The notes below the pieces were generated by a model, which ran no database searches, had not been told where the DNA came from, and worked only from the letters and a program-made list of their open reading frames with translations. This document shows, in pieces, positions 11,709-23,240 of a stretch of 64,000 bases of DNA (its first letter is position 1; each line of letters opens with the position of its first letter). Source of the stretch: Hypanus sabinus (taxonomy: Eukaryota); contig NC_082706.1 of assembly GCF_030144855.1 (NCBI RefSeq), positions 106,392,001 to 106,456,000 on the forward strand, in the 5' to 3' direction. The position numbers and the translations under genes are program-made.

Positions 11709-12174
11709 TCGCCATTTATTGCCAACTCCGCTATCCCTGAGAAGACATAACAGTGGCCAGAGGAGCAGGTGACGGGTTGGAGACCCTACTCGCAGCCTGA
11801 CATCCCAAAGCATTTCTGCCATCGGCAAGGCACATGATAGAGAGTAATACAGAAGGTGGAGATAAGCTACCTCTTCGGACGCTGCAACCCTTCTTGTGAA
11901 GGTGCGCTCTCAGTGCTGCGAAGGGGCACCAAGGTTTCGATTCATTGATAACTGAGGATCGGTGATGTATAGTATGTTCTATTTCTGGACAAATATAAAC
12001 GGGAACAAAATCATTTATGTTTCCTGCACCCTTCCGCTCTGTAGCAGTAGCCTAGCAGGGTGCATTTTGTAGATTTCTGCAACCACAGTGAGCCTTTGGG
12101 CGTTTGAAATTTCGGGTGAAAAGCAAACCTTTATCCTGGAGACTGAGAAATGTTGACTCTATTTATCGTAATAT

Positions 12175-12860
12175 GAGGAATTCTGCAAATGCTGGAAGTC
12201 TAAAGCAACACACCCAAACTGCTGGAGGAACTCGGCAGGTCAGATAGCATCCATAGAAATGGATAAACTGTCGGCGTTTCCGGCTGAAACCCTTCTTCAC
12301 GACTGGAAAGGAAGGAAGAATGAGAAGGTGGGGGAGGGTGAAGTTTAGCTAGAATGTGATAGGTGAAGCCATGTGGGTAGTAAAGGTAAATTGCGGGCGA
12401 AGGATCAATTTTATAGGAGAGTAGAGTGGACGATAGGAGACAAGAAAGGAGGCGGAGACACAGGGTGAGGGGAAAGGCAGGAAGAAGTAAGAGGACGGAA
12501 TGAGAAATGGAAGAAGAGGGGAGGGGGTAGATTTTTTTTACCGGAAGAAGAAATCAATAATTATGCCGACAGGTTGCAGTTTTCCCGTACGGAATATAAG
12601 GTGATGTTCCTCGACCCTGAGGGTGGCCTCAAAAGGAACCTATGAGCTAACATGACAGAACTGCAGTGGGAATAAGAATTAAATTGTTTGGCCACCGGGA
12701 AGTGCCGCTTTTGTCCGATGGAGTGCTAGTGACAGACAAAGTGGTCCCCCAATTTATGACATATCGGGGGCTGCAACGGGGGCACCGGACACAATAGATG
12801 ATCCCAGCAGATTCGCAGGTGAATTGTTGCCTCATCTGTAAGGACCGAATCGAGAACTTT
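12175..12860 (-). mobile_element. Penelope-like element fragment (GIY-YIG remnant + pseudo-LTR)
   Basis: Minus ORF 12647-12940 contains FTCESAGIIYCVRCPRC; 12175-12310 is the terminal repeat motif (gcaacacacccaaactgctggaggaactc...). Confidence 0.8.
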
Positions 12861-12899
12861 ACACAGTTTATAGCAAAGACAGGCAGGTGGAAATATAAG

Positions 12900-15270
12900 G
12901 GTGGGTGGCTCTTTCGTAAGTCCTGAAATCGAATAACCAAGAAGATGTAGAATCCGTGTAGGTAAAGCTAAGATATTACAAGGGAGTTACAGTATAGGGC
13001 AGCTCGTGGTTGAGCCCACGAGGAGATCGGCTATTCCGTATTGGGCTTGGTGCTATGAACCGCAATTGATTAGTGAGCTTAGGGTAAAGGAACTCTTAGG
13101 AGACAGCGGTCATAATTTGATAGACTTCATCCTACAATCTGAGTGGGAGAACCTAATGTCAGACGTATCAGAATTACATTGGAGTAAAAGGAATTAAAGA
13201 GTCTCGAGAGAGGAGCTGACCAAGAGGACACAAGCAGGGATGATGGAAGAGCAGCAACGACTAGAATTTCTGAGAGCATTTCAAAAGGCGCAGGATAGGA
13301 AGAATAAGTATTCTAACGACAAGATGACACAACTGTGGCTGACAAGAGATATCAAAGCCAACATAAAAGCTAAAGAGAAGGAATATAAAAGCAAATGAAA
13401 GGGCATGTAATAGAGCAAAGATTTGTGGGAAGTTTGGTGATTGAGAAGCTTTTAAAGTCCTAACAGATAGCAACTAAAAAAAATCATAAAGATGGAATAC
13501 GAAGGTACGCTAAACTATAATATTAAAGAGGATACTTAAAGTTTCTTCAGAGAAGTAAAGGGTAAACGAGAATCGGAAATACATGTTGGACTGCTGGAAA
13601 TTTTTGCTAGAGGGGTAGTAATGGGATGCAAAGAAATGGAAGGTGAATCGATAAAGTATTTTCCACCGGTCTTTACTATGGAAGACATTAACAGTGTGCC
13701 ATGGGGCAGAAGTGACTGAAGTTGACATGCTTAGGAAACTGAAAGGACTGACGTTAGATAAATCAGCTGGACCAGATTGTCTGCACTCCAGGGTTCTGAA
13801 AGAGGTGGCTGAAGTTATTGTGGAGGCTTTAGAAATGACCTTTCAATAATCAATAGATTCTGTTATGATTCTGGAGGGCTGGAACATTGCTAATGTCAAT
13901 CCACTCTTCACAAGGGAAGAAAGGAAAATATAGCCTAGTTAGTCTGACCTCAGTGGTTGGGAAGTTGTTGGAGTAAATTGTTAATGATGTGCTTTCGTGG
14001 TAATTGGAGACACATAATAAAATAGTCCGAAGTAAGATTGGTTTATTCAGGGAAAATCTTGCCTGGTAAAGCTGTTAGAAAGCCTTAAAGCAATAATAAG
14101 CAGATTAGACAAAAGAGAATCAATGGATGTTGTGTACTTGTTTTCTCAAAAACCTTTGACAAAGTGCTGCACATCATGCTGCTTAACTAGTTAAGCAGAT
14201 ACAGGACAGATCCTGGCATCGACAGAGTTTTGGCTGATTGGCAGGAGGCATAAAGTGGGAATAAAGGGAATTGTTTCTGATCGGCTGCCAGTGACTGGCA
14301 GTGTTTCACAAGGGCCTGTGTTGGGACCACTTCTTTTTATGTTCTATGTCAATGATTTAAATGATGGCATAGAGGCCACGTTTCTGGACAATAGGAAGAT
14401 AGATGGAGGAACAGGTAGTTATGAGGAAGTAGGAAAACTGCAGAAGGACTTAGAGAGATGAGAAGAATGGCAAAAAATTGGCAGATGGAATTCAGTGTCA
14501 GGGAAATGTACAGTCATGAACTTTGGTAGAAGCAATCAAAGCATGGACTGTTTTCGAAATGGAAAGAAAATTCAAAATTCCGAGTTGGAAAAGGACTTGG
14601 GCGTCCTCGTGCAGGATTCCCTAAAGGGTAACTCGCAAGTTGAGTCCGTGGCGAGGAGGGCAAATATAGTGTTAACTTCCATTTCAAGGGGACTAGAATA
14701 TAAAAACAAGGATGTAATGTTGAGGCTTTATAAGGCACTGGTAAGGCCTCATTTGGAGTATTGAGAGCAGTTTTGGGCTCCTTATCTAAGAAAAGATGTG
14801 CTGAAATTGGAGGGGTTTAGATGAGGTTCACGAGGATGATTTTGGGAATGAATGGTTACCATCCGAGGACTGATTGATGGCTTTGTACCCGTGTTCCCTG
14901 GAATTCAGATAAATGAGGAGAACTCATGAAAACCTATCAAAGGTTGAGTGGCCTCTACAGAGTCGATGTGGAGAGGATGCTTCCTATTGTGGAGGCACGA
15001 ATCTAAGACCAAAGGGCACAGAATGGAGAGCACCCATTTAGAATGGAGATGATGACGAATTAATTTTGCTGGAGAGGGATGAGTCTGTGGAATTCATTGG
15101 CATATGTGGCTGTGGAGTCCAAGTCATTGTTCTGAGGTTGAAAAATTCTTGTTTTGTCAAGGAATGAAGGGTTTCGGGGGAGAAGGCTGGAGACTGGGCT
15201 GAGAGGAAGATGGAGCAGACTCGAAGGGTTAAGTGGCCTAATTTTTGTCCTATATGTTATGATCTTATGG
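12900..15270 (+). mobile_element. Old CR1 LINE (EN to 3' end), decayed
   Basis: LGDSGHNLIDF (EN), VSQGPVLGPLLFMFYVNDL and LYKALVRPHLEY (RT/C-terminus); many stops. Confidence 0.85.
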
Positions 15271-15279
15271 ATTCAATAC

Positions 15280-15720
15280 AGGTGAGGTAGAAGGTGAATG
15301 GGCAGGTGTAGTACTTTGGCTGCTTGCAGGGGTAAATGCAGGGAAGGCCGAATGGACAAGCGGACCACAAAAGGAATGATTGCTGTGGAAAGCGGAGAGT
15401 GCTGGGGGGAGGGTGCAGAAGAGGTAAAGGTATGTTTAGTGGTGGATTCCTTTAGAGATAGCAGAAGTTCTGAAGAATAATGTTTTGGAAGCGAAGGCCC
15501 ATCCGGTGTAGGTGAGGACAAGAGGGACATTATCACTGTTTAGGCGACGGGAAGACCTGGTGAGCACGGTGGTTCGGGAAATTGTGCAAATGTGGATGCC
15601 TGCAGCGTCGGTGGTGGGGGCAGGGAAGCCACATATCTCAGCTTAAAATGCTTACTGTTTTTTTTTTCCCAGAGATATTGCCTGACCTGCTGAGTTTCCA
15701 GCATTTTGCGTGCTTTGCTT
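15280..15720. mobile_element. Penelope-like fragments
   Basis: Minus-strand ORF remnant (KHTFTSS...IIPFVVR) and a plus-strand terminal motif gcctgacctgctgagtttccagcattttg. Confidence 0.55.
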
Positions 15721-16639
15721 CTGTTTACCTTCAATGACCAGGGTATTATTTTTGATTTAAAGCAGAGCCTCCCAGTTCCTAGTGTTGGATTAGACTATGT
15801 AATTGCTATTTCTTTGCAGTTTAACTTTTACATGCCTGCTAGTATTTTATATAATTACCTGTGTATGCAATTGTGCAGTGTCTCCCCTAGTGGTTACAGT
15901 TCTTTGTATTATTTTGGAATCATATTGGCTCATCATCTTCTTTCCCTTCTCTTTCTTCATTGTTGTTAGACTTTTGCAACGCTCCATTTTCAATTCCTTT
16001 ATTCTCTTGGAACTTAAGGTAACGATCATGGAGTCACGCATTTTATATTTCATTCTTGACTTCTGAAAGAACCTTGGATCAAAATAATCAGAATCCAGCA
16101 CTGCTGTCTCTCCACCAATAGTGACCATTTTAAGGCTGTGCGTTTTTTTGACATTCAATGAAGGAGAAGTAAGAGAAAAGAGAAGTCACGAACAGTGATC
16201 CTAGTAAATAAGGACGATAGAACTTCAGAAATGGGAGAAGGAGTAGTCCGTCTAACCCTGCTGCACCAATTGATGAAACCATGACTCAGCTCCATCTATC
16301 TGTCTTTTCTAACCTCAATTCCTCGACTAATCAAAACTGTGTTTATGTATTTGCTCTACTTAATGAGATAGCATCTACTGCCTTCCTAGACAAAGAATTC
16401 TACAGCAGACACTCTCTTCTCATAGGCTAATCCCTCCCCCCACGCCATCTTCAGAATTAACCGAGTAACCCGCTTCTGTATCGCCTACAAAGCGAGTATA
16501 TATTTTCTAAAGTACGAGATCCAAACTGCAGGCTGTACTCCAGATATGTCCTCACCAGCACCCGTACAGTTGCTGTCCTCTATCCATGCTAATACATGAC
16601 CCCCAACTCCATGCATCCATCTATAGTTAAATCTGTTAT

Positions 16640-19600
16640 AGAAACATAGAAACACTACAGCATAATACAGGCCCTTCGGCCCACAATGCTTTACCGAACA
16701 TGTACTTACTTTCGAAATTACTTAGGGTTACCCATAGCCCTCTATTTTTCTAAGTTCCATGTACCTATCCAGGAGTCTCTTAAAAAGACCCTATCGTATC
16801 CACCGCCATCACCGTCGCCGGCAGCTCATTCCACGCACTCACCACTGTCTGTGTAAAAAAACTTAACACTGACATCTCCGCTATACCTGTTTCCAAGCAC
16901 CTTAAAACTATGCCCTCTCGTGTTAGCCATTTCAGCCCTGGAAAAAGCCTCTAAGACTCTGACCATCCACACGATCAATGCCCTTCATCATCTTTTACAC
17001 TATCAGTTCACCTCTCATCCTCCGTCGTTCCAAGGAGAAAAGGCCGAGTTCACTCAACCTATTCTCATAAGGCATGCTCCACAATCCAGGCAACATCCTT
17101 GGGAATCTCCTCTGCACACTTTCTATGGTCTCCACATCCTTCCTGTAGTGAGGCGACCAGAACGGAGCACAGTACTCCAGGTGGGGTCTAACCACGGCCC
17201 TATACAGCTGCAACATTACCTCTCGCAGTTAAACTCAATCCCACGATTGATGAAGGCCATGCACCGTATGCCTTCTTAACCACAGAGTCAACCTGCATAG
17301 CAGCTTTGAGTCCCCTATGGACTCTGACCACAATATCCTTCTAACCCTCCACACTGCCAAGAGTCTTAACATTAATACTATATTCTGCCATCATATTTGA
17401 CCTACCAAAATGAACCACCTGACACTTATCTTGGTTGAACTCCATCTGCCATTTCTCAGCCCAGTTTTGCATCCTATCAATGTCCCACTGTAACCTCTGA
17501 CAGCCCTCCACACTATCCACAACACCCCCAACCTTTGTGTCATCAGCAGATCTACTAACCCCTCCCGCCACTTCCTCATCCAGGTCATTTATAAAAATCA
17601 CGATGAGTAAGGGCACCAGAGCAGATCCCTGAGGCACACCATTGGTTACCGACCTCCATGCAGAATGTGACCAGTCTACAAATACTCTTTGCCTTCTGTT
17701 GCCAAGCCAGCTCTGGATCCACAAAGCGAAGTTTCCTTGGATCCCATGCCTCCTTACTTTCTCAATAAGCTTTGCATTGGGTATCTTATCAAATGCTTTG
17801 CTGAAATCCATATACACCACATCTACTGCTCTACCTTCATCCATGTATTTAGTCACAACTTCAAAAAATTCAATCAGGCTCGTAAGGCACGATCTGCCTT
17901 TGACAAAGCCATGCTGACTATTCCTAATCATATTATGTTTCTCCAAATGTTCATGAATCCTGTCTCTCAGGACCTTTTCCATTATCTTACCAACCACTGA
18001 AGTAGGTCTCACTGGTCTATACTTTCTCGGCTATCTCTTCTCCCTTTCTTGAATAAAGGAACAACATCTGCAACCCTCCAATCATCTGGAACCTCTCCCA
18101 TTTTCATTGATAATGCAAAGATAATCGCCAGAGGCTCAGTAATCTCCTCGCGTGCCTCCCACAGTAGCCTGTGGTACATCTCGTCTGCTCTCGTGACTTA
18201 TCCAACTTGATGCTTTCTAAGAGCTCCAGTACATCCTTTATCTGATCTGTTCTTGCCTGATAGCTTCATATTTCCCCTTACTCCAATTAAACGCTTTCCT
18301 AACTTATCTGTTCCTATTTCTCTCCAATGCTGTGGTAAAGGAGATAGAATTGTGATCACTATCTCCAAAATGATCTCCCACTGAGAGACCTGACACCTGA
18401 CCAGGTTCATTTCCCAATACCAAATCAAGTACAGCCTCTACTCTTGTAGGCTTATCTACACATTGTGTCAAGAAACCTTCCTGAACACATCTAACAAACT
18501 CCACCTCATCTAACCCCCTTGCTCTAGGGAGCTGCCAATCAATATATGGGAAATTAAAATCTCCCACCACGACAACCCTGTTATTATTACACCTTTCCAG
18601 AATCTGTCTCCCTATCTGCTCCTCTATGTCCCTGTTCCTATTGGGTGGTCTATAAAAACACCCAGTTGGTTATTGACACCTTGTTGTTCCTAATTTCCAT
18701 CCACAGAGACTCGGTAGACAATCCCTCCATGGCGTCCTCCTTTTCTGCAGCCATGACACTATCTCTGATTAGCAGTGCCACGCCCCCACTTCTTTTACCT
18801 CCCTCCCTGTCCTTTCTGAAACATCTAAAGCCTGTCACCATTCCTGCCCCTGAGCCATCCAAATCTCTGTAATGGCCACATCAAGTACTGATCTACGCTC
18901 TAAGCTCATCCTTTTTAATCATAATACTCCTTGCATTAAAATAGACACATCTCAAACCATCGGTCTGAACGCGTCCCTTCTCTATCACCTGCCTATCCTC
19001 CCTCTCGCACTGTCTATAAGCTTTTTCTATTTGTGAGCCAACCACCTCTTCCTCCGTCCTTTCAGTTCGGGTACCACCCCCAGCAATTCTAGTTTAAACT
19101 TACCCCAATAGCCTTAGCAAACCTCCCCGCCAGGATATTGGTCCCCCTTGGATTCAAGTGCAACCTGCCCTTTTTTTCTACAGGACACACCTGCCCGGAA
19201 AAAGATTCCAATGGTCCAGAAATCTGAATCCCTGTCCCATGTTCCACTTCCTCAGCCACAAATTCATCCTCCAACTCATCTATTCCTATATTCAATGTCA
19301 CGTGGCACAGGCAGTAATCCCGAGATTACTACCTTTGAGGTCCTGCTTCTGAACTTCGTTCCTAACTCCCTGTAGTTTGTTTTCAGGACCCCGTCCCTTT
19401 TCCTACCTATGTCGTTGGTACCAATATGTACCACGACCTCTGGCTGTTCTCCTTCCCACTTCAGGATATCTTGGACGCGACCAGAAACATCCCTGCACCC
19501 TGACAACCTGGGAGGCAAACTACCATCCGTTTTTCTTTCTTGCGTCCACAGGATAGTCTGTCTGACCCCCCCTAACTATAGAGTCCCCTATCACTGCTGC

Positions 19601-20160
19601 CATCCTCTTCCTTTCCCTACCTTTCTAAGCCACAGGGCCAGAGGTGCGGCCACTGTTGCTTCTCCTAGGTAGGCCGTCTCTCCCAACAGTACTCAAGCAG
19701 GAGTACCTATTGTTGAGGGGGACAGCCACATGGTACTCTCTTGGCCTTCCCTCTCCTGACTGTTACCCACTTATCTGTCTTCTGAGGCCCCGGTGGAACG
19801 ACTTACATATAGCTCCTATCCAACACCTCCTCATCCTTCCTGACCAGAAGAAGGTCATCGAGCTGCAGCTCCAGTTCCCCAACGCGGTCATTAAGGAGCT
19901 GCAGCTCGATGCACCTGACGCATATGTGGCCGTTCGGGAGGCTGGGATTCTCCAGGACTTCCCATAACTGACACCGAGCACAGAAAACCGGCGTCACACA
20001 TATACTTCCTGTCCGTATTCTGCACAAGTAACGTACCTCGCCTCGACCCGTTATCGTCGACGCCCCGTGAGCCAAAGCCCTCGTACTCTGTCTCCCTCTA
20101 TTCTGTCGCCCGCTCCTCTGATGCCTGCTCTATACAGCTGTCTCCTTTAAACTCATTTCG
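16640..20160 (-). mobile_element. Near full-length CR1 LINE with internal deletion
   Basis: ORF1 Cys motif + zipper (19763-20075) and esterase-like VVHIGTNDIG (19089-19518); EN VGDFNFP (18304-18570); RT QHGFVKGRSCLT, YMDFSKAFD, VPQGS, ADDTK (17341-18012); TSD CTGTTAT 16633-16639 / 20161-20167. Confidence 0.93.
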
Positions 20161-20324
20161 CTGTTATGAGGCACCTTATCGAACACTTTACGTAAATCCA
20201 GCAATTCAACATCCGCCTATTCCTCTCTATCTCCTGCGCTCGTTATATTCGCAAAAAAACTCCGGTAAGTTTGCCAGCAGGATCTTTGTCTGCGCGATGG
20301 ATCAACTTAATGGAAATAAAGTCT

Positions 20325-20470
20325 TGTCTGGCTTCCAGCCGGGTACAGTTATCGATTATAACCGACGTTTCGATGACGAACTCTTCTATCTTCATCATGG
20401 AAAATGGCAGACTGGTCGTCGTAACTTCGGTTAATATCGAAACTTGTACTCGGCTGGGAGCCCGGGAACA
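20325..20470. repeat. Imperfect foldback of Penelope-like terminal sequence
   Basis: ggcttccagccgggtacagttatcgattataaccgacgtttc is roughly the reverse complement of gtaacttcggttaatatcgaaacttgtactcggctgggagcc; minus strand carries a degenerate (c)TGATGA...GAAACGTC core. Confidence 0.55.
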
Positions 20471-20977
20471 GATTATTCGTCATAAACTCTGGGAAACACT
20501 GCTCCTTTTCACCTTAGGGGAAGTTTATCAGAGGGAGAATACAAAGTGTACAACACATCCACAGACTTTCCAGGTGTTTCACAGCAGTGGTCTCACGTTC
20601 AAACAGACAGCAGACCTAGCGTGTGGGTGGAAAGGCGGGTGTAGTGGGTCTGGTAGCGGAGAGATTTATTTGGATAGTGAGGTGATGATGCCAGTGTCCA
20701 CGGAGCGGAGGATCAGCCACCTATGAAATAAAGGAAATTTTGGTTTAGTAATTTCAACCGGCTTTAGTTAATCGGACTAGTTAGGGGGAAAGAACGCTGT
20801 TTGTGTTAAATCTTCACGTAGAATAATTCACAGGGAACAAGGGATCCGTGGTTTTATTGAAACAACCACTGCAATAATCACCAACTAATGCATTTCGTCC
20901 TTTCACTCATCAATGCTTGCGGATTCTTGCTGTGCGCCAATTGGAAACAGCTGCCTTGCTTTTCAACGGTCACCCAA

Positions 20978-21112
20978 GGAACTCAGCTGGGTCGGGCAGC
21001 ATCTGCATCGGAGGGAACTGTCGCCGTTTCAGCTTGAAACCCTGCATCAAGAGGCCTGTTGACTCTTGACTGTTCATTTCCCTCCATCGATGCTTCCTGG
21101 CCAGCTGAGTTC
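20978..21112. repeat. Imperfect foldback of Penelope-like pseudo-LTR, about 220 bp upstream of V1
   Basis: ggaactcagctgg...gcagcatc...ggagggaa versus ttccctccatcgatgcttcctggccagctgagttcc. Confidence 0.6.
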
Positions 21113-21332
21113 CACTGCGTTGATTAAGATACACAGAATTGTATCTTTGCTTTTTGCAGCAGCGTTTAGAACCGAAAAGAAACTCGTTCTCCGTGCACTG
21201 AGATATTTCAGCCAATCGCAGTCGCTCGAAAGCTGACACAACTGGTGAAGACGACGAGGAGCGGAAACCCGCTTCATTTCCCCGAGCGACCCATTTCATC
21301 TTGTCCATTTCGCCAAGCGCCAGAGTTTGGCC

Positions 21333-21770
21333 ATGGGAGTGGGGACTGCGGCGCTGCCGGTGTTCCTGGCATGCTTCTGTGAGTACTTTCAGTTTGGTTC
21401 ATTTTAAGGTTCATTTTCTCTCAGAGCCCCAAAGTAACTGTGATCTTCATTAAACAGGTGGCTGCCTTTCCCAGTCTGTGTTCCAGTCCAAGATATCCAT
21501 CACCAGAGGCGTAGGCAAGACGGCTCGCTTTCGCTGCAACATTAACACGGACGACTTTAGAAACACTTTAGTACATTGGTACCGAGACGTCAGGAGCCTC
21601 GGCTTACACCGCATCCTGTATGTCCAAGCCAACTCAAAAGCAGTTTGGGACAAGGGTTCAACAGACAGATTCGTTGCCGAAAATTTGGAAAAGGATAAGG
21701 CAAGCGTGCTGGACATAAGGGACATCGAGAAAGGGGACGCGGGGGTTTACTACTGTGCGATCTGGGACAG
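21333..21770 (+). CDS. TRGV: TCR gamma V segment V1 (leader 21333-21378, intron 21379-21457, V exon 21458-21770)
   Basis: Leader MGVGTAALPVFLACF/CGCLS, GT..AG phase-1 79-nt intron; V domain FRC...VHWY...DRF...DAGVYYCAIWD; no stops; followed by RSS. Confidence 0.88.
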
Positions 21771-21809
21771 CACGGCGAAGCGGCACCACAGGAGCCCAGA
21801 ACAAATACC
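21771..21809 (+). other. 23-RSS of V1 (non-canonical heptamer)
   Basis: CACGGCG + 23 nt + ACAAATACC. Confidence 0.9.
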
Positions 21810-23069
21810 CTGTGCCCAGGTGAGAGTGACTCCAGGTCGCGGCAGATTAAAGCAGCAGATCCGCTTCGACCCGAACAGGCTTAATGCCGCCTGGACACAT
21901 GATCAGCGCTGCGGCTAATGGGTCCGGGCGCAGCGGGAGTAAGGGAGACCGGAGACACAGAAAGTGCAGACTCTAGTATCTGGAGCAACAAACTATCTAC
22001 AAGAGGAACTCAGCAGGTTGAGCAGCATCTGTGGCCGAAATGCACTGGGTCAAAACATTGCCTCAAGACTCATTCCCTCCCCCTCTGTTCCTCCAGCAGA
22101 TTATTTGGTCTTGGGAGAAACAGTGAGATGTACTTCGCTGGGAACACCTGCTCGGCGCTTGTGGTTGCCCGCACTTTCGTTTACGAAACTCTCTACACCT
22201 TGCTTTCAATTGTTCCAAGAGCATCAGAAATCCCGGGGCTGAGGATGCCCCTCACAAAGAGTGAATTCATTGACTAAAACCACGGGAGAAAACCTATCGC
22301 AGCATCTCACCTACATTTAGATTGCACAAGAAGGGTGAAGTTCCCTGATCAGCTTTGAGAACTGTTTGCATAGAATTGTGTCGGATGGCTGTTAGCAGGG
22401 CAGGCAGCCTCTGTGGAGCAAGACTCAAATGGAGGGCTGAGCAAAGAGGATATCTCTGGGGGTGAAGTCGAGGTTGCATGGTGATGAAGTTATCTCGCAC
22501 ATCTCGCGCCAGCACCAGTTGAAAGACACGGTTTCTTACAACTCCGATGTGTCCTTCGCTGTTTTCGTCGTGATCTGCCTCTCTAATCTCCATCTTTAAC
22601 TTTAAACTAAATGTGCTTGTCAACACGTGCACATGTATCCCCCTGCCCCACCTTATGAGATGAGGGAGTAGTTTGTTACACAGCATGTGGTCGCATCTAG
22701 GACCTAAAGCTTGTGGGTGTGACGAAGGCAGGTTCCACTGTGGCTTCAACAATAATGGGATAAATAAATGCAGGCGAAAAATGCAAAAAAAAAGCATGGG
22801 GCAGGAGGTGCAATTAGCTAAATGTTCTGGTGGAGAATTGGCATTGACACTGACACTTTACGTTGAATGATCCCCTCTCTGTAATTCTTCTATAACACTA
22901 CCAGAGGTATTCCCTTTGCTTGATCTACTCACAACTTTGCCATTGTTCCCATTGAAATATCTTTAACTTGAAACATTAACAGCTTCTCATTCCATAGTTG
23001 TCACCTGACCTGATGACACACACAAACACATTCTCTCTCTCCCCCCCCCCATTAATCTTTAAACTCCTT

Positions 23070-23240
23070 TATCTGTACTGACGGTTAATTTACAGTGTCC
23101 ACATTACTCACTGGTATGGCTTTAGGCTGTGAGGGAAATCCACTTACGCAGTGGGAAACAACACAGTTACAGGGAGAATATGCTAAATCCACACAGACTG
23201 GAGGTCAAGGTCGAAACTGAAACTGTGAAGCAGCTATACT
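23070..23240 (-). mobile_element. Decayed HE1-like SINE fragment
   Basis: tttacagtgtccacattactc...ggaaacaacacagttacagggagaatatgctaaatccacacagac resembles the reverse strand of the SINE copies at 37-39 kb. Confidence 0.5.

Noticed and set aside
12084-12090. Isolated CACAGTG as the RSS of a lost V
   Set aside because: The only nonamer-like string (aagcaaacc) is 30 nt away and no V-like exon precedes it.
15847-16158. 103-aa minus-strand ORF in the duplicated non-TE-like block
   Set aside because: No recognisable domain, and the paralog near 49.8-50.0 kb appears to contain a stop; origin unresolved without a database search.
16920-17916. Plus-strand ORFs over CR1 elements (also 59316-59702, 60069-60449, 60818-61255)
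   Set aside because: Antisense shadows of CR1 ORF2.
22294-22797. 167-aa minus ORF downstream of V1 as an Ig C or other host exon
   Set aside because: No Cys/Trp Ig-fold pattern, no clear splice context, no motif recognised.
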